From an uncultured virus (IMG/VR IMGVR_UViG_3300010885_064105) (taxonomy: Duplodnaviria > Heunggongvirae > Uroviricota > Caudoviricetes), in the IMG/VR virus record IMGVR_UViG_3300010885_064105, positions 62,001-122,362 of that record: 60,362 nucleotides of DNA, one strand, 5' to 3'. Shown here piece after piece: positions 33,708 through 45,700 of the stretch; the first letter of the stretch is position 1; each line of letters opens with the position of its first letter. The notes below the pieces were generated by a model. It was not told the DNA's origin. It made no database searches and saw only the letters and a program-made list of their open reading frames with translations. The position numbers and the translations under genes are program-made.

Positions 33708-36700
33708 TTAACCGTTATTAAAAATAATAGTTTTGGTATCAAAGCCAGTATCATCAAAAAGTTTAAGCTCAAATGATGTATCGTATCTCCAATTATAATT
33801 ATTATTACTAGCAATTGTAATATTCCATCTATCATTTATTTCGTCGTATGAATCTTTCATAAACATAGGATCTAGGGCTCTAGAAAAATTACATATTTGA
33901 TTATTTACCATAACTTCTGGAGTATAATTCTGTATTGGCCTATTGCCTCCGTCAACACTAAATGTTAATGTCCAAGATCCATTATTATTTGGTATACTAT
34001 AATTATTAGTTAGTAAAATTTTAATAGGTTTATTAATATATAAATTATATACTGATGAATATTTTTTAGGAGACAGATCTGTTCCTTGGAATACTGGCAA
34101 CCCAGTATTTTCACAAGTGACTATTTTATATCTATAATCTTTATATAGCCCCGTAGGAATACCAGATAAATTAAATGTCCAGTATCCTTCTTTAGAAAAA
34201 TTTAAACTACTAATATTAATTTGATTATGATAATTTTTATATATGTCTATGTTACTATTAATTACTAAATTATTTGAAAATGTTGAGTCAGAACCGCTAT
34301 AAGAGATTATTGCCGATGTAGAGTCATATTCAGCTACTGTCATTAGACCATTTAATGGATAAATATTATTTAGTGTGCTAGTAGAGCCAGAAACAATATC
34401 CACGCTATCTCCTGTAGACAAGGGTAGATTTTTATGTTTTATAGCAATAGTGTCAGACGTTATTCCTGTAATGCTAGATAAGAATGAGAAGGTTGCTATT
34501 CCATTTATTATCTGTTGAGAACCAGGTCTAGAATAAGGTATTAATAAAGTATTGTCAATAATATTACCACTAGTTAATGTTATGTTTTGTGTAGGTATAT
34601 CTGTATTGCTAAAACTAATTGATATTGCATCCCCGACGGATATATTATAAGGATTATCAGATAATTCTGATTTAATATACTGGTAATTTATATTTGATGA
34701 TCCAGAATGACTGTAAACTATATTACGAGCATTAGAGACTCTTCTCTGAATAAGACCAGAAATGAAGGGAGCATACTGCTGAGTTGACCAATTCTCATTA
34801 AAAGGAACATATCCTCCTACTGCCACCCCATTATATCCACTGATAGATTGACCGCTAACACAATAAATGTTTTGAATACCTCCTATCACAACAGGAGGAA
34901 AGCTATTTTGAGTAATAGTTTCATTTTTTGTACCGGCTTTATGTATCCAAAAGTATTCATTTTCGGCATATCTAATAGCGCCAACATCATATGTTGGAAA
35001 TACTGATGGATTATTATTAATAAATAATGAAAAAACAGTACCAGTACTTTCTGTATGATTAAAAGAAATTGCTTGATTACTTGTAACAAAACTATTAGCA
35101 TATACAGAATTACTAATTATATTTTTAAGACGATAATTAATATTTACGTCTCTTTTATTTGCCAATAAATTTCTTTCATCTTGATTATTTCCATAGACAC
35201 AACGGCTTCCCACGTAATATTGTTGACCATTGTATGCAAAATATGCTTCTGAAGCTGGGGCTGGGTCTGTTAATTCAACAATCGGAGCTGGTAGCATTAT
35301 TCCACTAATTCTTAAATAGCCAGTTTGCCAACAATCAGAAGTTTTTATTGTATATATATTATTATCAGTATCTTGAACATAATTATTATTAAGTCTTAAA
35401 ATATTCATTCCTAATAAAGGAGGAGAGTTATTATTTTGTGCAGAGTATGGGACTCCTGATGGAATTTGTACTTTAACACTAGGATACATTCTGCCAAAAA
35501 GACCATAACCTCCTTCATTAAGTATACTTTTTGATAGAAAACTACCGCAGCCTAATAGTGAATTAGTCGTTGTTATATCCACATTTCCTATAAATTTTTG
35601 TAAATCTGACGTTCCAAAATTTGTAGTTCTTTCTTGAACTAATCTACCGACTCCAGTAGATAAAGTAGATAAACCATTAGGATTTATTGTTATAAAGTAT
35701 TGTGAATTCTGATAAGATAAATTATATTTACCATTAAATGAATTACTTGGATTATTATCAAATTCTATATAAACTGGTTTAGCTGTATTAATATTATTTC
35801 CTAAAGGATTAATAAATACTCTGAAATCAAAACTTTGGAAATCTCCACCACTATAAGAAAAAGAAGTAATTGGACATTGATTGTGTGGTAAAATAGTGTC
35901 ACATTGTAGCGCATAATTTGCTGCTGGTGGCCAGTAAACATATTCAATATTAGGATATGAACGATAACCTATAGGAGCGCTACCTAGTTCTGGCCTATCG
36001 TTTAAAGTTCTTGCATCTCTTCTAGGAGTATAAATTGGTTTTTCACTATCAAAATAAACAGGAAGCTCAACAGGAGAAGGAGGATTAGGTGCTGAAATAT
36101 CCATGAATTTAATAATTTTTTGAGCCGACTTACCTCTAGCATCATATACTGTCAATATTAATTTTTCATTATATTCCCCTCCATTTGCAAAAGTTCTAGG
36201 ATTACCTTGTATGGTAAGTAATCCGCTACCAAGATTACTCCATGGTCTTTTAGGATTGCCTCCTGGAAAAGTAATTGTATATGATAGTCCAGAAGGCAAT
36301 AAATTATATGAGCCCGTAGAAACTACTGTCCATCCAGTAATTCCGGTTGGTATTGAACACAACTCTCGACCTGTTGTTCCAAATCTATATGATAAACTTA
36401 TTGGACTATTACACAATGGAGATAATTGATTTGTTTCTGAGGCAGTGCCTACTGTGATGATCTGTGGCCCTGGATGATCAAACCCTCCCTCATTCAATGA
36501 CTTATATTTAATATATCCGTTTATAGTATCATAACCAAATGAGATATTTTGAATTGTATCAGTATCTATTGCAGAGATGCTAAAAGACTTAAGTCCTTCT
36601 ATTCCACATAGTGGGAATCCGGTAAAAGAAAAATTCCATGACTTATCAGAGGGATTCCATACCCTAGACTCTAAACATCCATTTTGTAGTTCTAAAGGTC

Positions 36701-39700
36701 TTTGCGGATAGTACCCTGAGCATACTGTAGGTAAGCCAGACAATAATATTGTTGGTGGAAAATTTGGATTTTCTAAACCATATAATGTTTTGAAAGTAAT
36801 TCTCCAAGGAGAGCCCTCATTCGCCATATAATATGGTTTATTTACTCCAGTGATCATGATTGGTAAACCGGGTAAAGTGAAACTATCTAATTCTATTAAA
36901 TTTAACTTTCCAATAGCATATATTTTATCATCAGATATACCCTTGCATTGTACTATTAAAGAAGATATCTGGTTATCAGTTAAAGAATTATTAATATTAT
37001 TAAAACTAATATTAGCATCCCATTTGCTATAAATAGGAGCTCCATAATATGATAATTCATACAATGATAAATTATTATCATATTTTTTATTGATTAGACT
37101 TAATGAAATATCGTTATTTTTAAGACTTGGTGGGATATTAATAATAATATCTTCATTCATAGAAGCTTGTTTGATATCGAATACGGTTTGGTAAGACTCA
37201 TTTGGTATACTATAAGTTATTGATTGTAAATTAGTTAAGTATTTATTTTGCGTAAAAGTTAGATTAACATTGTCAGATACCGTATTGATAGAGTCTTCAA
37301 CAAAAATTTTAATATTTTTTATACCTAGATTTTCTACCATCCTAGCGAAAGAATCAGAACGGCCTGTGGCAATAATTTTCCATCTTTTGCCTATATTATC
37401 ATATTCATAATCAATATTATATTCTAAGGGTTGTGTCTGATATGAACCATTATTAGGCAAATTAGATAATTTTACAGATGGATGCAGATCCTGTCTGTCG
37501 GCATAGATACCTCCTAGAACATAAAACTGTAAGAACCACGTATCTTGTTTATCGAAAGATAGTGGTTGAGGCATTGTATATCTATCTATAGATAAATTTT
37601 TATAAAGAGTTATATTAAGAAGTCTTGTAAAAGAGTATTCTATCCATTCTTCCTCATCATTATTAGGGCTGGGTTGAGATAAAGATATACTAATTGATTT
37701 ATTCGGATAATATCCTTCGAGACCAACAAGATTTACTGTAATTTTAAATCTATTATAAAAACTATTGTGTTCTATATTAATATTTCTAGAATATCCTTCA
37801 TCTCCATTTAAATTGACCCTAATATTTGTTTTGCTTTGATTTATAGCATCAATATAAAAAGCAAAAGATGATGAATTATTATCATTATCTACATTTAAGT
37901 ATATGTTATCAGACAGCCCGATAGGATCAAGAGAATATTCTGGTTTAATTTCATTCATTGGTAGAATCTTAATCATACCAGTTTGTGAAGCCAAGTCTTC
38001 TCCTGTCACATAATCTTTAACAGTAAGGACTGTATTAAAAGTTCCAGTAACAGACCCGGCGTATCCATAAAGATTTTTAGTACCATTGCTATTATCAAAT
38101 ATCTCATTATTAATACTAAAACTTGGACCAGGATAATTAGACATAACTATCAAGGCTGGGTCTGGTAAATCTTTAATGTCATAATTTACTGACCATGGAA
38201 TAGGACTATTTACATAAGAGTATATTGTTTTGGGAATATTAATAATTGGTACTTTGAATACATTTAGTAAGAAATTTTTATCAATACTACCAGTTTCATC
38301 TGAAATAGTAACTACAAATTCTCTATTTTCTTTAATATAGGTTTGAATATCATCAATAATTATATTTATAGTCCATATTTTATTATATGAGTCATATGAT
38401 ATAGTATTTGTATCTATAAAGTATGAACTAAGTCCATATATATTTATTTTTGGAGCCGAAGATAATAGAGGCTGCGACCATTTTTGAGATCCATCTTTTG
38501 TTTTTATCTTTAAATAAATTGGTCCTTCATCTGTAGTTTTAATGTTTATGATATTATCATTTAGTTTTAGATATGATAAACCATAATTCATAGAATATTC
38601 AATATCAAGAATATTAATTTTATCAGGATTAAGGTATAAAAGTTGGGATACCGTTTGCTGTGAAGAATCAAACGAAATATTATATCCACTATAAGCTATA
38701 CTAGTAGGATTATTAAAATGAACCAAATGCTTCCATCTTTTTGACATCAAATTAAAAGAATTAATTTTTGAATCTATCAGATTAACAGATAGAGACGGTA
38801 AGGAATCTGTTGTTACAGAAGCATTGGATTCGGAAACTAAGAAAGAATTATCTATATTAGGATTTAAATTAGATTTAATATTGTATTCGCTATCAATTAT
38901 ATAAACCAATCCACTTCTGCCAATATAACTAGAATTGTAAGGAATATTGATAGTAATGTTATAAGAATCAACTTTATCATTAATATAATAGGATCCGTTT
39001 AATTCTGGCGCCCCATCAGAAAAATCGAAATAATATTTTTTATTTGATATGCCCCAAGGTCTGACATATCCATCAACAAAGTCTGTATCAATACTACTGG
39101 GCTGCTTGCCTATTAGGGATCGATTTGTAAGATCCGGGATGCTATCAAAATTAGTAGTACTAAAACCTTTTATATTTAAACACATGGTGCCAGAAGAACA
39201 CTGCGAGTAATTACCTTGTATAGAGAATACTCCTGTTAATGGAGATACTACAGTTTTCCCATAAGGATCTTTAGGCCAGTTAGCCGTATAACCTCCATAG
39301 GTATGATGATATAAATTATTGTAATAAGGAATAGAGCATAATCCTGAAACTGCTCCTATATAAGATAGATTGCCACTACTTGGTAATTCTTGATCAGCTT
39401 TTATTCCAAAACAGTATGGGTAAAAACTGTTTGGTTGTATTTTTAAACCATTAACTGGAATACCAGAGATTAATGTATTATTATCTAAAGTTGATGTTAT
39501 TTTAGCGTATCTGCTAACTTCTGACTCAGAAAAATTACTACTATTATTTAGTGTTAAAAGTTTAATTTGATCATTGGTATTGACATAAGACCTTGGAGTA
39601 GATAAGTTATTTATAGTTAATTTATTGCCATTAAAAAATACTCTATTATTTAATTTACGATGCTCTTGATTCTCTAAACAAATTTTTTGGTCTAAGGTAA

Positions 39701-42700
39701 TAATTGGTTTAAAATAAAATCTTGCATCAGTATAATCAGAATTTATAGTATTGATGGAATTTAAAAGCTCTAATCTTTTTCCAATATTTATAGAATTAAA
39801 TACAGAATAAGCATTTAGCGACAAAGAAGAAAGAACTCTATCTCCACTAGTTTTAATTGATGTTATAGTAATAATTTCTTTGGGAAATCCTGTAACAGTA
39901 ACATTTATAGATGATGAGGTGTTTGAGCTGAATAGTGTTGTTGTTGTATTATCATTATTTAGCTTTACTATCCCTAATATTTCTCCACTAACAGAACTAA
40001 ATTGTCCACTTAAATTAATTTCTTGATAATCATAGCCTAAACATAATAAATTTATACTAGCAATATTAAAATTATGTAATAGGCCATTAGAAGATATGAA
40101 GTATGGATTATTTATTGTTCCACTGCCTTCATAGCTAAATGCTGGGCTATCCATATAAGAAATATTCAGAGGAGCATAGTTATATTCATTATAATTTACA
40201 GCAATACCTGTTGCTGGCCAAAATGAACCACTAGCAAAAACAGACATTACATAACCAGAGTATACTGTAGATGGAAAAGAACCGTTATAGGCTATATGAT
40301 TACCACTTCTTGGTATAGTCCCATCAAAATAAAAACCTTGTGTAAAATTTAATAATTTGGAATTTGGAACAAAACTTCTGCTAGAAGAACCTAGAAAACT
40401 ATTAATATCTATAATTTTTTCAGATGGCCATATAGCAGAACCTCCGTAGTCTAGATCATAAATTTTGTAGTCATTGTGAATAAAGGTAGAATTAAATCCA
40501 AACCCATTAGTGGTATATGAAGCATTTATTGCTTGTTCAAAATAATCTGGCCTATTATTTTCTTTTAATAAGTAATTCTTATCATCTTTAACATAAATAC
40601 TATTTCCTTTAATATCTATTATATCGAATAAATTATTTTTAGGTTGTCTATTAGCATTATTTTCTATAGTATTTAAAAATTTAACTGGAATCTGATTAAT
40701 TATAATATTATCTAATATTTTATATTCATGATTTTTTTCAACATTTATTAGAACAGAGCCAGCTGAATCTGGCTGTATATTGGGGAAAAAATATCCATTA
40801 TCAATTTTAAATTGTTTTACGCCTAAGTCACTTATAATTGGATACCACTGATTTTTAGGCTTTATTCCGTTATTTGTTGATAAAAAGTTTAAATATATAC
40901 TATCTTCATTATTCTCAAAATTTAGGTCCTCTGGACTATTTATAGATATAGAACTATAGCCAGCATCTGTATAAAAAGAAACAAGACCTGTTGAATAGTG
41001 ACCAGTAATATTTATATATTCGTTGGTTTCTGTATCAAATCCTTTAATATTATTATTTTTTGATAAGATAATTGGACATCTTTCTGAAGATAAATAATTA
41101 CTAGTAAAAGACTTTAATCCATTTATATAGTATGATCCAGAATTATTGATTGGTGTATTAAAAATACCTAAAATATTGTCTGAAAATATAATATTTGTAT
41201 CTAAAAGAAGATTATATCCGCTAGTAAAACATATTAGTCCTGTAGATGAACTACTCATGTTTATGAAATTTCTATTCAGAAAAATACCTGTACTAGTTAC
41301 TTTTGTAGCATAATAATTATCATCCCACTCTGGCATATCACTAAAAATTTGATTACCACTAAAAACAATATTTGTATAATTTATACTTGGCTCATTAAAA
41401 AGTAAAAAATTACTATTATAAGATATGGTAGCACTAAAATTTACAGGAGATAAAATTCCCGTTACTGTTTTGTTTGATTGACTACCAATACCGCTAACTA
41501 TTATATCTTGATTTAGCAAATAATTTATATTTCCAGATATTGTTATGGTAGGATAACTATATGAAGTAGAAGAGCACTCAGTTAAAGTGTTAGAGCCAGA
41601 GTGTGATCGACCGATAAAATTATTAGATGCTGTTTGAAATATTATATATGGATTATATCCGCCATCTGTTGATAATTTACCTACATTAGTATCATATGAT
41701 GTATTTTTAGGAACAGATATATTAGATAGATTTATATTATTTATATTAAATGATTGGATAGGGTCTGTGATATAATTTAATGAAGATATTGAATTATCTG
41801 TAATCTTAAGATTAAAATTGTCAGAAATTAATAAATTTTCTCCTGTAGATTTAACTAAAATATTTAATGTTCCAGAATTTTGCATTAATGGTATTCCACT
41901 AAATGTTTGGATACCGGTATTAAAAATTAACCATGTTGGTAAAGGTCTACCATCCGATAAACCAATACTATAAATAGAAGTTTCAGCTGGGAAAGTGTTA
42001 TTAGGAATAGTAAATTCAAATAATTCATTTATTATAGCATTTTGATCGGGAATATAATTTCTAACATGATTTCTTTTTTCTATTGGATCTATATCGATAG
42101 TAAAATATTTTTCATAATTTCTACCAGACATATCTGACGTTTTAATTCGAATTTTATAAGAGTCTTTGTGATATATATCACGGACTCTTGGAAAAATTGT
42201 GTATGCTAAATTAGAATTTTCATCACACATTAAAGATACTGGGGGGCCACCTGAAGACTCACTGAAATTAAATGAGTATAAATTACTATTAATTTCTTCT
42301 ATATTAATTGGAAAATAAGTAATATCTGGATTTATTCCTGATGGCAATCTAGAAACATCAGAATTAACCTCTTGAGAAGGATAAAATATATACCCTGTAC
42401 CGCTGCCAATATTTCTTGATGCTAGAAAATAGCAACTGTTTTCTTGTAAATCATAACTAATATCTATTCCAGTATTTTTAAATTTTAAATAACTATATAG
42501 GCCAGATTTATAAATCTCAAAAAGATTATTATCATCATCTCCGTATCCACAGATAAAATCATAAGAAAATGGAACAGATGGTGTCTCTACTGGCTCTAGA
42601 TTTTTGTTATAAATAGATATTCTACTATTACCATTCGTTGACGGCTCTCTAATATAAATACCATCATATCTATGATATCTTGTTTGATCTCTTGAGTATG

Positions 42701-45700
42701 TTCCTGAAATATTTTTATGTGATACCAAAGACACAGTACCGCTATTATTAGAGGCAGGAGTTATGGAGCAAATATTATCTATAAAAATATTATTTGGTAA
42801 ACCTGTAACTTTCATAGAATATGTCGGCAGATTGCAATATGTCGATGGATATGCTCCTGAGATGATTGTCACTGACTGTTGTCCATAACCAGAAATATTA
42901 ATATGTATGATCCTTGATGAGTCAAAGACATGCTTTGTGTAGCTTATAAGCTCTAGCGAGGCTAACGTATTGATAGATTGTCCGAATAGAGTTAATCCAG
43001 TAAACGGAGAATCAAGAGTTATAGAACTATTCGTCTTGGTGATAATTTTACCAGTCTGGGGAGCTATATGAGAATACTCTGCTCCATAAGGATTGTATTT
43101 TATATACATGCCAGTATGTAAAATATTTATGATATCTTGGGGGATATTATATATGTCTGGTGAGTTTGTATATATATATCCAGTATTAATTTGTATTTTA
43201 TTTTTAAAATCTATATCAGATAATATTTTTGGATCTAAAATAATTTCATTATTTGTTAATCTACCAGTCCAAGAAGTTTCTTTAATGGTAAAATTTGTAT
43301 TATCTATTATTTGATTAACTTCATATGATCTAGATGAAGGATTGTGTTCTGTAGCAGAAAGGAATGAGACCTTGGCTATGGACCCCGACACCATACCGTG
43401 AAAATATGATTTAATTGTAATCTCTGGGTTTCCAGAATTTTGATAAAACCAACCATAGTTTATCGGTTTAGAAATATTTAATTCTAAACTACCATCATGT
43501 GTTTTTTTATATGTTCCATCACATGTTATGTACTGTGGTATATATTTATATAAAGTTTGTGTATTATAAGCTTTTAAAGTTGGTGATTTTATATTAGGAT
43601 CTGTTACATCTAAATTTTGAATAAAATTATTATTATCTAATCTAAAATGATAGTAATATCTTCTTTTTTGAGAGTCATTATAAATTTCATTTTTCTTATG
43701 ATCTTTAAGAACTGATGTAATGTTAGTTATAAAAGAGGGGTTTTCTGGATTTCTAAAAGTGGAATTTTTTATTATTCCGCTCTCAAATTTGAATAAAGCA
43801 GCACCTGTTCCAGCTGCTTTGTTCATTAGTAATTCTAAAGTGTATGCTAGTGTTTTATTTTTAGGGATATTAATTATTGGGCTCATGTTAGTCCAGGAAC
43901 CATCAGTATTAACTCCGCTTATCCCAAGAGCGATAGTAGAATACTGTCCTTGAGCAATAGACAGTCCGTTGTTATCAAATTCTCTGAAAGAACCCAAACT
44001 TAATTGATTACTAGACCATGTATAACCATAGTTTCCAGCTGCTATAGAATTGTCTGCTAAACTTTGAGATTGAGAATTTAGAGCTATGCTATTATTACCA
44101 CTAACTAAGTTATAGGACCCAACAGCTAATGAATTATTACCTAGTATTTTATTATTTGATCCTATTAGTGTGGATCTATTGGCGCTATATAATCCAGTAT
44201 TATCTTGTCCAACTGAAAAATTAAAATTATTTGTAACTTTTACTATTTGTCCAGTTTGTTGAATTGCCGAATCACTAATGGTTCTGCTGGGATTATTTGT
44301 TCTATTATCGAATTTAGGTATAAATCCTACTGTGCCCTCTAGATTATTAAACTCAACTTTTTCATAATCAAAAAGCCCAGTCATATTAAAAGCATTATTA
44401 TAGTAATCTAAATTTTTTCCATGTAATAAATCAACATTAAGATTCTCAACCATTCCAGTATTAGAACCAACATTGAATGGAGGATAACTTTGTGGAATAA
44501 TAGTAAGCTGTCCTCTAACCGTTAAAGGTTGGGCAAAAGTTTTATTCCCACTTATTGTTTGATCAGAAAAAGAACTAACATACAAGCTATCCGCTACAGA
44601 CCTCAGAAGAACTATATTCATATCTCCAGTAATATTTCCTACAACATAAATTGAATTAGCATTTCCACCATCTACTTCGTTATTAAAATTATTCCCACTA
44701 CCAGCATCAATTAGTCCTGTTGCTCCAATATTTGTTATCAGTCGTAATTCTCTTTCTGCTGGATAGTATGCCAATATTCCTGTTTGTTTTGTCATCCCTC
44801 CATACATAAAGCTAAAACCTCTTGGTTCGCTTGGTAATATATAAGGAGAATTTGTTGCAAGTAGTGGTAGGTTATCATTTATCGTTAATTCATCACCATT
44901 AAGATTAACAGAGCCATTAACATCAAGAGGCCCATAGATTATGTCTCCTGTTGAAGATACTGGTCTGTATCCTAGTGAATTAACTATATCTCCATAATTA
45001 ATATCTTGACCATTTATTACTATTCCTTTATCATTAACTTGTACTTTACTATATAAACCAGGAGTTGATTGTACTGGCAAACTATTGGTATTCAAAATTC
45101 CTGTAGAGTTAGCAAGATCTAAATAATACGATCCCTGTTGACCATCTAATAAATCAGCATCAAGACCAGAATCTATTCCGTCATTACCAGCATGCCAAGG
45201 AGTATAAGTTAATATGTTAACAATATCTGTTTCTGTGAGATTTGATCCTGAGACAATTCTTCCTTTGATATCGGTAGTAACTTTGCTATAGGTTCCAGGA
45301 ATACCAGTACTTGATAATGATATAGAATTAGTTTCTACTAGAATATCAGAAGAACCCCCAATATTAAGAACCACAGAACCTGATGGTAAAGAGGTTAATC
45401 CTCCTCCTATTAATCCTGATCCAGCAACTATATCTATGGTTGTTCCACTAAGCAGTATTCTTCCTGTAGCGAGCGGGAAGGATGATATTTTGAACCCATC
45501 GAAATACAACAATCTATTAGTATTAAATAATTGATTATTAGTACCTCCTTTATCTATGGGGACTATTCCATCTATTGAACCTAAGTTTAGTTCTACTTTT
45601 CTAACTATGGTATCATCAATTATTAAAGTATTTTGATCATCTATAGTTAGTCCTGCTCCAGTATTAATACCTATCTTAGCATTGTTATTGTCAAGATTAA